Virus record (IMG/VR): IMGVR_UViG_3300046512_000087
Span: 29,404-93,403 of that record
Length of the DNA: 64,000 nt
Source: a virus
Strand: one strand, 5' to 3'
Shown: positions 45,520 through 54,992 of the stretch, one piece after another
How positions within the stretch are numbered: the stretch's first letter is position 1
Layout of the letters: each line of letters begins with the position of its first letter
The notes under the pieces: model-generated
The model's database searches: none
Told to the model about the DNA's origin: nothing
What the model saw: only the letters and a program-made list of their open reading frames with translations
Position numbers and translations under genes: made by a program

Positions 45520-47373
45520 CTACGCGGTCTCTGCATCTTGGTATTCAGCAGTCTCTTCTTTCACTCTGCTGGCGCTCAGGTACTCTTCTGTCGGGGCTAT
45601 GCCATGCTGACCCCACACTTCCCTACGTAGACAGATGCCATACACAACGCCTGCAAGGGCGTCTGCCACGTCTTTCGAGTTGTAGGCGTTGTGGTCTACC
45701 TTTTTCTTCTTATGGTTGATCTCAAGGGCTACCAGCTCCTTCTGCAACAGGTCGTGGTGGGGGAGCATGACGCGCTGATCATACAGAGCCCGCTTCAACA
45801 TGCTGTACGGCACCATGCTGGTGTCCATGGATTCAATGCCTGCCGCAAAGCCCTTCTGCCTGAGGATCTGTACGGTGTCTCGGCTCTGGTAACTGTCGAG
45901 GCTCACCCACTGGATAGGCATGCCCAGGTCCCGCAGCTTATACAGCAGACTCCTGATCTTGTTGAACTGGATCTCCCCTGCTGGAGGCGGGCGCACTTCC
46001 AACACCATGTCGATATGGACTTCGGGGCACATCTCTTCTTCCCTCAGCACGAACCGAGGTACATGGCCAATGACTACCCCGGCGCTGTCTCCTGTCAATG
46101 CCAAGTCGATGTGGCAATACCGGGGGTACTGAAGGTTCTTGAACCTCTTCGGCAGGATGATGCAAGGCATGGTCTGGAAGTCAGTTACCTGATCCCGGAC
46201 GACGTTATGACCCTTGCCAAAGTTCGACACCACCATCTCACTGTTGGGCATGAACGGGGCGGTGGCCAGGGTGCTATGACCAGCGATGTCTCGTAGGGCC
46301 TTGGTGATGTCTTCCTTGAACTCCTGGGCGAACTCTACGGGCACATGGTCGAGCAAGTGCATGTCCTGCTCTGGCAGCTCTTCTGCTTCCTGCTCTGTCA
46401 GTACACGGGGGCGGCGCACAGCATCCCCCACGAACAATGGGAACATGTCGCCACAGAAGGCATGAGGCTTGATATCCCATACGCGCTTGTCATAGACGAA
46501 GATGCGCGGGTTTTCTTTGGCCTCTTCCATCTTAGTATCCGTGAACTCGCCGGGTATACGCTTAGACGAGACCACGCACAACAGCCCTGGGATATTACGG
46601 CCTGCCTGCATGAAGCGGGACTTACGGCGCCGGGCAATCGAGTTATACAACTCAACAGCTTGGTTGTAAGTGCCGCCATCTGCCGACTGCTTCGAGTTCT
46701 CAACTACCGCCATGAAGTTGATCTCGTCGATGATGCCTCCAATGATGTTCTGGCCAATCGAAGCCGTCTCGCTACCGGACACTGGCTCTACTTCGATGTT
46801 GTTGTCGAAGCGCAGGATCGAGGTCAGGCTACGGTCGAACGGGAATACGGTCTTGAAGTAAGGGCTCGCGGCGATCAGGTTGTAGAACCGGTTGAAGTCA
46901 ACGGTCTTGGCCGTGCTCTTACGCAGGGACTGGAAGATCATCTTCAGTTCTGAACTGGAGTCCAGGCCAAACGACTGCTGGGGGTTCGCCATGCAGGACA
47001 GCACATACAGTTGATACGCCTGGGAGTACAGGGCAATCGTAGTCTTGGCTGACCCGATGCCTCCTGTGAGTACAGCCTCATCATAGCGCCCGCTGTTCAT
47101 CTCTTCGAACTCACGGAGTACAGGCGGGTAGACCTCACTGGCCTTGTTCAGATAGAACTGGCTACACAGAAAGGTCTTAGCATCTACTGGCTCTCGTACC
47201 CAGGAGATCGGGGCGAGGAATTCCTTGTCGTTAGCCACCAACATCTTGATCAGATTCACCAGCCATAGATGGCGTCGGTCTGGATCGGTGATGGTGTTGG
47301 CCTGTGCAATCAATTGCAAAGTTCGCTGAGGCCCCAGCAGTCCTTCTAACACTCGCTCGGGGGTTGGCCTCAT
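45520..47373 (-). CDS. terL: terminase large subunit
   Basis: LTGGIGSAKT (Walker A), GGIIDEINF (Walker B), HIDLALTGD and KVDH..SKDVADA nuclease motifs. Confidence 0.9.
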   Translation of the reverse strand: MRPTPERVLEGLLGPQRTLQLIAQANTITDPDRRHLWLVNLIKMLVANDKEFLAPISWVREPVDAKTFLCSQFYLNKASEVYPPVLREFEEMNSGRYDEAVLTGGIGSAKTTIALYSQAYQLYVLSCMANPQQSFGLDSSSELKMIFQSLRKSTAKTVDFNRFYNLIAASPYFKTVFPFDRSLTSILRFDNNIEVEPVSGSETASIGQNIIGGIIDEINFMAVVENSKQSADGGTYNQAVELYNSIARRRKSRFMQAGRNIPGLLCVVSSKRIPGEFTDTKMEEAKENPRIFVYDKRVWDIKPHAFCGDMFPLFVGDAVRRPRVLTEQEAEELPEQDMHLLDHVPVEFAQEFKEDITKALRDIAGHSTLATAPFMPNSEMVVSNFGKGHNVVRDQVTDFQTMPCIILPKRFKNLQYPRYCHIDLALTGDSAGVVIGHVPRFVLREEEMCPEVHIDMVLEVRPPPAGEIQFNKIRSLLYKLRDLGMPIQWVSLDSYQSRDTVQILRQKGFAAGIESMDTSMVPYSMLKRALYDQRVMLPHHDLLQKELVALEINHKKKKVDHNAYNSKDVADALAGVVYGICLRREVWGQHGIAPTEEYLSASRVKEETAEYQDAETA

Positions 47374-48053
47374 CCTCGCATTTCCTCAGTAAACTCGCCT
47401 TCAGCCACGTTTTCATCCGGGCCCAGCACGCCTTCTCCACGCAGGAACTCCAGAGCCAGTAACGTAGCCTGTCTCTCCTGGTCGAAGCCCTGTACCTTGC
47501 TGGCCTGCTGTTGCTCAGCCGCTGACAACTTGTGCTCTACTTCCATAGGCACTTTCTTCAGCATGCCGACGTCCATGTGCAGGCTGGCCAGATCCTTCAA
47601 CATGTAGTGCAGGTTCAAAATGTTCTTGGTCTGGGCGTCCAGGAGAGTAGGGGAGTTCTTTTCTAGCTCGGCCATCTTGGCTACCCGGTGCATCTGGGTG
47701 TGTATCAGCTTCTCCATCTCCTGGATAGGCAGGAACCGGATACCCAGCTCTTCTACCTTCTCGGCCACGCGGGTCAGCGTGTCGTTATCAGCAAACTTGG
47801 CTACCAGGGCTACCTGCTTCGGCTCAATCAGCTCTTCCTTGTAGCGGTACAGCATGCGGCGCAACGTGTTCGGGTCCTTGTCGGTCAGTAGCTCCCACTT
47901 CTGTTGGATCATCCGCACCAATTCCGTGGGCGAGCCGTTACCCAGGATGTGGGTGTCGATGGCAGCGCGCTTATCTAACGGGAGTGAGAGGATGTCCTGG
48001 AACGCAATGGACTTCTTGACCTTCTTATGCTGCACAGGGGCTACTTTTGCCAT
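47370..48053 (-). CDS. probable terminase small subunit
   Basis: Helical 227-aa protein with ATGA overlap immediately upstream of terL. Confidence 0.55.
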   Translation of the reverse strand: MAKVAPVQHKKVKKSIAFQDILSLPLDKRAAIDTHILGNGSPTELVRMIQQKWELLTDKDPNTLRRMLYRYKEELIEPKQVALVAKFADNDTLTRVAEKVEELGIRFLPIQEMEKLIHTQMHRVAKMAELEKNSPTLLDAQTKNILNLHYMLKDLASLHMDVGMLKKVPMEVEHKLSAAEQQQASKVQGFDQERQATLLALEFLRGEGVLGPDENVAEGEFTEEMRG

Positions 48054-48056
48054 GGT

Positions 48057-48854
48057 TTAGCCCTCTACCTTCTCTACCTCGGGGAAGTCCTTCAGAGACT
48101 CCCACAGTTCTGGCATGCCACCTCCTGCAATTGATTGCAAAACCAGACGTACCATCGAGTCCATGCCACGGTTCATTTCCTGGCAGCGGGTAGCCACCTG
48201 AGTGAAGGCTTTCAGGTCATGGGTCTTCAGTGGCAGCCACACGGATTCCTGCTTACCGAAGTCCAGGATCATGAAGCCGAAGGGGAGGGTGTCACCGTAC
48301 TTGGTGAACATTTTGTTTAGCAACACGGACAGACCGTCGATGGTCTTGATCTCTTCCGCTGCCTTCTTGAACTCGGCCTGGGCCTGCTTAGGGAGAGAGT
48401 CGGACATCTGCCCTATCAGCTTCTTGAACAGATCTTCGTCCGCGAAACCAAAAGACTCGGCCAGGAGGTCATCAGAGTATTTCTGGTTCAGGCTCTGGTA
48501 CAGCTTCAGGAACTTCGGAGTATCCAGCTTACCTCTGATCATGTTCATCCGAGTGATCTGGAAGCGCTCCAGGTCTTCGTCGAACTCAGGGTCGTCAATG
48601 ATGGTGCAGGGCACTTCATCAAAGCCCAGGAGCTTGCCTGCTTCATAGCGGTGATAGCCACCAATGACTCGGTACTTGCCCCCATCAATAGGTCTTACGA
48701 ACACTGGATCAATGAAGCCCACGGCGTCGATGTTTGCACACAGGAGATTGAACTCCTTGGCTGACATTTTGTTAGGGTTAATTTCCTGCGGAACGAGCAA
48801 ATCTACCGCAATATTGGCCCGAATTAGCGCTTTTGTCTTAGTTACCGCGTCCAT
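48057..48854 (-). CDS. ParB/Srx N-terminal domain protein with possible HTH
   Basis: NPNKM, GFIDPVFVR, YRVIGGYHRY; YSDDLLAESFGF HTH-like segment; start at ATG 48854 behind AAGGAG. Confidence 0.85.
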   Translation of the reverse strand: MDAVTKTKALIRANIAVDLLVPQEINPNKMSAKEFNLLCANIDAVGFIDPVFVRPIDGGKYRVIGGYHRYEAGKLLGFDEVPCTIIDDPEFDEDLERFQITRMNMIRGKLDTPKFLKLYQSLNQKYSDDLLAESFGFADEDLFKKLIGQMSDSLPKQAQAEFKKAAEEIKTIDGLSVLLNKMFTKYGDTLPFGFMILDFGKQESVWLPLKTHDLKAFTQVATRCQEMNRGMDSMVRLVLQSIAGGGMPELWESLKDFPEVEKVEG

Positions 48855-48864
48855 GTCATACTCC

Positions 48865-49959
48865 TTATGGGCTTGGCGTCTGGAAGCAATTTGGATACTG
48901 AGGACCGGAATCATATCGAGGTAGGCCTAGTATTGATAGCCTGTCGAAGGGTTTCTGTTGTTCGTAGCCGATCTCCATGTTCTCCAACTCTGTTATCAGA
49001 GCGGTATGATCTTGAACTTTTCTCAGCGTCTCAATACTTTCAGAAATCTTATCCAGTGACAGCACTGACTCTCTCACTCTCAGTACCTCTGTGTTCTCAG
49101 TCTTCTCTGTCTCTCCTGTACATAGTTCTTCGTGTAGCTTCTCTCCTGGTCGTAATCCTATTTCTTTTATCTTCAACGGGATTTGCATCTGTTCTGCTAC
49201 CCACGACGCTACCTCGGCAATTTTTTTGGGCTCGCCCATGGTTAGCAGGAAGCGCTGGCCTTGCAATTGATTGCAGGAAGTCACGAGGCTAACTGCCTCT
49301 GGGATGCTCATGAAGAACCTTGTCACAGACATGTCGGTAATCGTCACAGGCATACCCAGGCTCAGTTGCTCATAGAACAGAGGGATCACAGAGCCTGATG
49401 AGCCTATGACGTTACCGAACCTTACTACCTTGCTGCCTTCCACCATACTCAATGCCATATGCTCTACCAGGGCCTTTGTCGCCCCCATTACATTGGCTGG
49501 CTTCACTGCTTTGTCTGTGCTGATTACTACCAGGGATATAGGGGCCCGCAAATTTTTGAGCATGGTGAACAACGAGTGGGCTTCCAGCACATTGTTGTCT
49601 ACAGCCGAGAGCGAGTTCTCTTCCACCATTGGCACATGCTTGTAAGCGCCTGCGTGGAAGCACAGTGTTGGTTCATAGTCTTCAAGCACCTTCTGGAGTC
49701 TTGGGCTTCCATAGCTACCCAGCACTGGCTTTGTTACCACGCCCATCGACACCAGCTTCCGATTGATCTCGTACAGTGAGAACTCATTCAGCTCTACCAG
49801 CACAAGCCTCGACACGCCTTGCAGTGCCAGGAAGGTACACAGGGCGGAACCGATGCTGCCCCCGGCGCCGGTAACCATTATGGTCTGCCCCTGGTACTGA
49901 GTGCCTGTCTCCCATTTGTCCTGGCCCAAGCGAGCCACTAGAGCTTCCAGTGTAATCAT
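48865..49959 (-). CDS. NDP-sugar 4,6-dehydratase (CapD/PglF/WbpM family, soluble domain)
   Basis: VTGAGGSIGS, HAGAYKHVP, ISTDKAV.P.NVMGATK, VRFGNVIGSSGSVIPLF, GLRPGEKLHEEL. Confidence 0.92.
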   Translation of the reverse strand: MITLEALVARLGQDKWETGTQYQGQTIMVTGAGGSIGSALCTFLALQGVSRLVLVELNEFSLYEINRKLVSMGVVTKPVLGSYGSPRLQKVLEDYEPTLCFHAGAYKHVPMVEENSLSAVDNNVLEAHSLFTMLKNLRAPISLVVISTDKAVKPANVMGATKALVEHMALSMVEGSKVVRFGNVIGSSGSVIPLFYEQLSLGMPVTITDMSVTRFFMSIPEAVSLVTSCNQLQGQRFLLTMGEPKKIAEVASWVAEQMQIPLKIKEIGLRPGEKLHEELCTGETEKTENTEVLRVRESVLSLDKISESIETLRKVQDHTALITELENMEIGYEQQKPFDRLSILGLPRYDSGPQYPNCFQTPSP

Positions 49960-49974
49960 GGTAATCCTTGGTCG

Positions 49975-49998
49975 AAAAAAGAGGGCTTTCGCCCCCTC
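49975..49998 (-). terminator. intrinsic terminator between glycosyltransferase and dehydratase
   Basis: GAGGGGGCGAAAGCCCTC hairpin followed by T6 on the minus strand. Confidence 0.7.
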
Positions 49999-50018
49999 TG
50001 ATGGTGATTGTGCTGAGC

Positions 50019-51479
50019 CTACTCTTTTTTCAAATGGCCTGCACGTACCCCGGCGTCCTGGTATCCGAAGTGGAGCTTCAGTGCTACTCGGAGATATTGC
50101 CAGTTGGTCATCCAGATAAGCCCAGCTTCCTCGGCAAATTTCTGGGTGCTCTGTACCTTCAAGGCCGTCAGGTCTTCATGGAGCCCGGCAGACATTGCAT
50201 CGGCCATCACGAACTCAGTGCCTGCGTAGTTCCTGAGTGCGGCTACAGTCCCATTGGTTTTACCGCTCTGGCCCAACTTGACTTTACGGGCTTCAGCTTC
50301 CAGGCACTCGGCCAGCAGGTGGTTGTACATCCCGTCTTCATTCTCACGGCGGGTGTACTCAGGCACAAACCAGGAGCTGTACCACTCGGCAAATTTTGCG
50401 TACATGCCTTCATAGTCGTTCTTGAACAAATTGATCATGCCGAAGCCTTCAGTCTCGTTGGCTACGTAGAACGGGTAGCTTTCTCCCAGCATGCCTACCG
50501 ACCATGGAGCCTTGATAGCGATCAGAGGCACGCCAAACATCACGGGCTCCAACTTGGAGAGGGACAGCTCCACATCGACCGAGAAGGCCAGGGCCACATC
50601 CATTTCTTCCCGGCTGATCCGCCAGAATTCTTCCCGGGCTGGGTGCAGGACTTCAATGGCTTCTGCGTCCAGGAACTTGTCGCCTTCAGTCACGGTGCAG
50701 ACGAAGGGGCGCACTGTCTCCGAGTGCAGGATGAACTGGTTCTTCAGCATGTCGTTCATTACATGGATGCGGGTGCCGAATCTTTCCAGGCGACCCACAA
50801 ACGCCACGCCCAATTTTCGGTCACCCTTGTAGCGGTGCTCGGTCTTCAATCCGTAGTCATGCTTGCTCAGGCGCAGCTGGCAGACTTCACGCAGTTTTTC
50901 ATTCAGGGTCTTCCTGGCCGAAAAGCTCACATGCTCTGCCGCTACTTGAGCCACCCAGGTTTTTTCATGGTAGGCCGGGATAAGAGTGATGTCGGCGTCC
51001 AGGTACGAGGCCAGGAGCATACGGTCTTGGGATTCCGGCGCCGACTGGCCGACAGTGGGCTTCTTGCTCAACACCATCATGTCTTCAATGGCAATGATCT
51101 TGCGCATCCAACCGAGCATAGGCTGGCGAGGGGACGTGGAGATAGCGCGCATCTGGGCGATCTGTGGCACACGGACTGTCACCAACACATCCCAGTCCCA
51201 GGTCTTCACGCTGTAGAAGCTGATCAACTCGGCCATGTCGTCGCTGAGGCGCAGGTATTCACGCATGCGATCTTTGTGCTGGCGGATGGGCAGGTACAGG
51301 ATTCGGTCACTGACTGGGTAGAAGGCTTTCTCTTCGTCATCCAGGCGGTCTGGGATAGGCCAGTAGATGAAACAGGTAGGGTCGGCCTCCAGCAACAACC
51401 CAGCCAGGGTCACAAACTGGATAGTCGTGGAGCACTTGGCTGGGGACGAGGTGAGTATGCAGTCAAACAGGACTTTCAT
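50019..51479 (-). CDS. GT-B fold glycosyltransferase (divergent GT4-like)
   Basis: AFVGRL and DVALAFS..ELSLSKLEPVMFGVPLIA donor-binding motifs. Confidence 0.75.
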   Translation of the reverse strand: MKVLFDCILTSSPAKCSTTIQFVTLAGLLLEADPTCFIYWPIPDRLDDEEKAFYPVSDRILYLPIRQHKDRMREYLRLSDDMAELISFYSVKTWDWDVLVTVRVPQIAQMRAISTSPRQPMLGWMRKIIAIEDMMVLSKKPTVGQSAPESQDRMLLASYLDADITLIPAYHEKTWVAQVAAEHVSFSARKTLNEKLREVCQLRLSKHDYGLKTEHRYKGDRKLGVAFVGRLERFGTRIHVMNDMLKNQFILHSETVRPFVCTVTEGDKFLDAEAIEVLHPAREEFWRISREEMDVALAFSVDVELSLSKLEPVMFGVPLIAIKAPWSVGMLGESYPFYVANETEGFGMINLFKNDYEGMYAKFAEWYSSWFVPEYTRRENEDGMYNHLLAECLEAEARKVKLGQSGKTNGTVAALRNYAGTEFVMADAMSAGLHEDLTALKVQSTQKFAEEAGLIWMTNWQYLRVALKLHFGYQDAGVRAGHLKKE

Positions 51480-52153
51480 GGGAGTTCCTTGTCAATGATT
51501 CGAATGGGTACATAGGCCTCGGCAATTCCCTTGCCCATCTGTAGGCCTCGGGTTTTTGCCAGGGTCACCAGACCGTCGTAGCCCACGATGCTCTTTTCCC
51601 GTCCAGACACCTGAGAGGCATGGCATGCGTAGGCTGCCAGCTTGGCTTCCAGGTCTTCCGAGACGAGCCCGACGTACCGCGTGCAATTGATTGCAAAACC
51701 CAATTGCGGGCCGTGGTACTGAGTCGGCTGCTCATAGGCGTAGACACTGGCACCCTCAGCCTTGGTAGGGCGTAGGGCTGCCGTACAGGCCTCCCAGACG
51801 ACGTTGTGATCTTTTGCATGGCTGGGTAGCGGGATGTAGATCTCGTCGTACCCTTCGCGTAATACGGCGTCAAGGGCCGTCACCAGTTTGGAGATAGGCT
51901 GCTGGTCAAAGTTGGAGGCCGATGCAAAGTTCAGCCAGTGGATGTTCGACACCTTGAGGACTTCAGCCGCTTTCTTCTGCTCGTCCATCCGGGTAGTCCA
52001 GCTCACCTTACTACCTGAAGCCATGGCCAGGGTTCCCGAGCCACAAACTACCGCAATGTCAACGGTGTGACCGGCCTTGGACATCTTGTACATGAGCCCG
52101 CCACAGCCAATTTCTACATCGTCTGGGTGTGGGCTGATAAAGAGTGCTTTCAT
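51476..52153 (-). CDS. PIG-L/LmbE family de-N-acetylase
   Basis: SPHPDDVEIGCGG, HAKDH, K..AYACHASQ, AEAY; start at ATG 52153. Confidence 0.9.
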   Translation of the reverse strand: MKALFISPHPDDVEIGCGGLMYKMSKAGHTVDIAVVCGSGTLAMASGSKVSWTTRMDEQKKAAEVLKVSNIHWLNFASASNFDQQPISKLVTALDAVLREGYDEIYIPLPSHAKDHNVVWEACTAALRPTKAEGASVYAYEQPTQYHGPQLGFAINCTRYVGLVSEDLEAKLAAYACHASQVSGREKSIVGYDGLVTLAKTRGLQMGKGIAEAYVPIRIIDKELP

Positions 52154-52662
52154 GGGTAATTCCTCGCCCCCTGGAGATCCTTCTCTGAAAAAATCAATGG
52201 CAATCCTACGCACATCGACTGGTACAACTCTGTCAGATCAGGACACACGCCATCCAGGCAGATGCAGTATTCATCACTGGCCTTGTACTCGGTGGTTGAC
52301 CCATACAGGATCACGGTATCGGTCAGAGAAATGATCCCGTTCGCCCACAGGGGAGGGGTGATAGAGGCTTCCATGCCAGGGGTCAGCTTTCTGATTTCGA
52401 AGTTGCACTGCTTGTTCTGGAACCCGGCCACCGGCACCAGGATGTGCAGGGCTGTGCCTTCAAGGACAATCGTAGCCTTGGTCTGAGGCACGACCGAGAA
52501 GTGCAGACCTCGCACAGACCCGGCCACGCTGGTCAACAGGTTCACCTGTTTCAGATCTGGCACGCCCATCTTGGATACGCGCATCAGCTCCGAGAACCCG
52601 CCACGGTGGTCTGTGAAGGTCTTTCGGGCTTTAGGCAACAATGGAATAACCCTCAAGCTCAC
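52150..52662 (-). CDS. dTDP-4-dehydrorhamnose 3,5-epimerase family (RmlC-like cupin)
   Basis: FTDHRGGFSE, QVN, VRGLHF, IFSEKD. Confidence 0.85.
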   Translation of the reverse strand: MSLRVIPLLPKARKTFTDHRGGFSELMRVSKMGVPDLKQVNLLTSVAGSVRGLHFSVVPQTKATIVLEGTALHILVPVAGFQNKQCNFEIRKLTPGMEASITPPLWANGIISLTDTVILYGSTTEYKASDEYCICLDGVCPDLTELYQSMCVGLPLIFSEKDLQGARNYP

Positions 52663-53710
52663 CTTCCAGGGCCACCCACAGATCTCGCACGTCTTCTTCG
52701 GTCAGGTCGTGGTGGTAGGGCAGGGCGATGGTAGCGCGGGCAACTTCCTCGCACACAGGCAGGGGCTGGCGCACGAACTCTTTCAGGTGTTCCAGGTGAT
52801 GCAAGGCCACAAAGTACGGCTTCAGCGGCACTGAGCTGTAGGTAACCAGGGTCTTCTTGTCTACTGTCTTGGGCACTTCAATGACGTAGACAAACGGGAC
52901 ATAGGAATCCCCTGGCAGCACACGCTGTACCCGGTACTTTTCAAAGCGGCGGTCGAGAAGGTCGTAGGCGTTGAACTTGCCCACACAGATCTCGTTGAAC
53001 CGCTCCATCTGAGCACAGCCCACGGCGGCATGCAGGTCGCTCATGCGGTAGTTGTAGCCATAGCTCTGTTCATACATCGAAGCCCCGGCCAGGACGCCAT
53101 GACGAGACAGGGCTCTCACTTTTTCAGCCAGGGTCTTGTTGCGGGTCACCAGCATGCCACCATCGCCGGTCGTGATTTGCTTGTTGGGGAAAAACGAGAA
53201 GACAGCAGCGTCTGCGTATTGCCCGACCAGTTCACCCTTGTGGCGTGCGCCAAGGGCCTCGCAAGCATCTTGCACGATGTAGATGGAGCCCGGCAGGATA
53301 TCTCGGATACCTGAGACGTCACACGGGACACCAAAGATGTCCACCGGGATAACGGCCTTGGTGCGATAGGTCAGCACCTGCTGAACAGTCTGCGGGGTGA
53401 TGTTGTAGGTGTGGCGATCAATGTCTGCAAAAACCGGAGTCGCGCCAACGGCCAACACCACATTTACGCTGGCCACCATGGTAAACGGCGAGACAATAAC
53501 CTCGTCACCCGGGCCAATGCCCAGGGCTTCGAGAGCCAGCTTCAGGGCTGAAGTGCCACTGTTCATAGCCACGGCGTAGTCATAGCCCCAGGCCTTGAAT
53601 GCGGCTTCGAAGCGGTCCACGAACGGGCCCGAGGCCAGCTGGCCGGAGTTCATGACTTCCTGCACATAACGGCTTTCAAGAGCAGAGAGATTGGGCTTGG
53701 AAAACTGCAT
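52631..53710 (-). CDS. DegT/DnrJ/EryC1 PLP sugar aminotransferase
   Basis: NSGTSAL, GPGDEVI, QDACEALG, FSFFPNKQITTGDGG, GYNYRM. Confidence 0.93.
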   Translation of the reverse strand: MQFSKPNLSALESRYVQEVMNSGQLASGPFVDRFEAAFKAWGYDYAVAMNSGTSALKLALEALGIGPGDEVIVSPFTMVASVNVVLAVGATPVFADIDRHTYNITPQTVQQVLTYRTKAVIPVDIFGVPCDVSGIRDILPGSIYIVQDACEALGARHKGELVGQYADAAVFSFFPNKQITTGDGGMLVTRNKTLAEKVRALSRHGVLAGASMYEQSYGYNYRMSDLHAAVGCAQMERFNEICVGKFNAYDLLDRRFEKYRVQRVLPGDSYVPFVYVIEVPKTVDKKTLVTYSSVPLKPYFVALHHLEHLKEFVRQPLPVCEEVARATIALPYHHDLTEEDVRDLWVALEGELEGYSIVA

Positions 53711-53712
53711 GG

Positions 53713-54336
53713 TTACACCTCTGGCTTCACGCCGACAAAGATCATGCGGCGGCGCAGAAAAGGGATGGGGAATTTGCCGAAGTAGTAAGCCTGTTCACAA
53801 CGGAAGCCGTTCTCGTACATCAGCTGCTTCAGCTCACCCATTGTGGGTTCACGGACCATGGTCGCATCGGGCTTGTAGCCGTTGAACAGGTTCAGGGGTT
53901 TGCGCAGGCGAGCGGGCAGAGGGTTGTGTGTGACTACAACGATCTTGGCCCCTGGAGTCATCCGGTCCCAAACCCCGCCAAGCAGGGTGTCGAGGTCTTC
54001 CACTTGGTTGATGGTGTGGATGAACGCTACGAAGCCAATCCCGTCTGGGACCAGACTCGGAGTCCTGTAGAAGCTGCAATCCGTATGTCTTTGGGCGGCT
54101 ATGGTCAGGGCGGCAGGATTGACGTCTACCCCGTAGTAGTTAACGCCCTCATCCAATCCGGTCTTGCAGAGCCCGATGAATCGGCCAGTGTTACAGCCCA
54201 GGTCCATGACCTCGGTCACCGGGTAGGGGATATGAGATAGCACTTCGCGTGCTTCTGCCTTCCACCAGGGGGTGGTGGCAAAAACATCAGCCTTTCGTGC
54301 ATATTTGTGGCCCCACTTGGGGTTCAAGGTTTCCAT
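53713..54336 (-). CDS. class I SAM-dependent methyltransferase
   Basis: MDLGCNTG, YGVDVN, MTPGAK. Confidence 0.85.
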   Translation of the reverse strand: METLNPKWGHKYARKADVFATTPWWKAEAREVLSHIPYPVTEVMDLGCNTGRFIGLCKTGLDEGVNYYGVDVNPAALTIAAQRHTDCSFYRTPSLVPDGIGFVAFIHTINQVEDLDTLLGGVWDRMTPGAKIVVVTHNPLPARLRKPLNLFNGYKPDATMVREPTMGELKQLMYENGFRCEQAYYFGKFPIPFLRRRMIFVGVKPEV

Positions 54337-54992
54337 TCAGCGGCTCCAAGGACTTGAGAAAGGGGGTGCTCATGCTCTGCAATCAATTGCAAAATAGAAT
54401 CCGTGCTCAATCCTTGAGTAAGGTGCTGGTAGTGGACGGGGTACTGGAAGTCAGAATCCATGTAGGCCTTCGCGCCAATACCGGCCAGATACCGGAAGTC
54501 TGTTCCTACGTTGCGCTCTAACCGGGTCTGTAGACGCTGGGTCTTGCTTGGGCCCGCTGTGGGCTCTTCGTCAAACACCAGGGGGGTAGTGATGCCCAGG
54601 AGGGTAGCCAGCTGGTACATCAGGACTTTGTTCAGATAGACCAGGGGGACCGGCTCCTGAGTCAGGACATGCAGAAGGTTAACTACTCCCTCCAGGCGGT
54701 GGTGGAACTTGAAGCGCTTCACCATCAGGCTCTTTTCGATCCTTTGGCAAATGCCACCATCGCTGGTAATGATGATGTCTGCCAGTCTCGGCCCGGTCTG
54801 CTGGAAGGGCAGGGTAACCCAAGCATTCTGGATCTTGACTCGGTGTTCAAAATCCCTGCGGCTGAAGTCCGTGGCATTGGAGATCACGCAAACATCCGCC
54901 GACGCCACCTTGTTCCAAAATCCAATCCAGGGCAGGAAGACAGACTGGTGGCTGGCCACTTTTTTAGGAGCAGGCTTTAATCCGTGCATCAA
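54324..54992 (-). CDS. WbqC-like protein (putative amino-sugar acyl/glycyl transferase)
   Basis: HQSVFLPWIGFWNKV..AD, YLAGIGAKAYM, LS.DSI. Confidence 0.8.
   Translation of the reverse strand: MMHGLKPAPKKVASHQSVFLPWIGFWNKVASADVCVISNATDFSRRDFEHRVKIQNAWVTLPFQQTGPRLADIIITSDGGICQRIEKSLMVKRFKFHHRLEGVVNLLHVLTQEPVPLVYLNKVLMYQLATLLGITTPLVFDEEPTAGPSKTQRLQTRLERNVGTDFRYLAGIGAKAYMDSDFQYPVHYQHLTQGLSTDSILQLIAEHEHPLSQVLGAAEWKP

Noticed and set aside
48865-54992. Captured bacterial O-antigen locus or prophage flank
   Set aside because: Embedded among phage genes on the same strand, carries the phage repeat, and has no wzx, wzy or initiating transferase.
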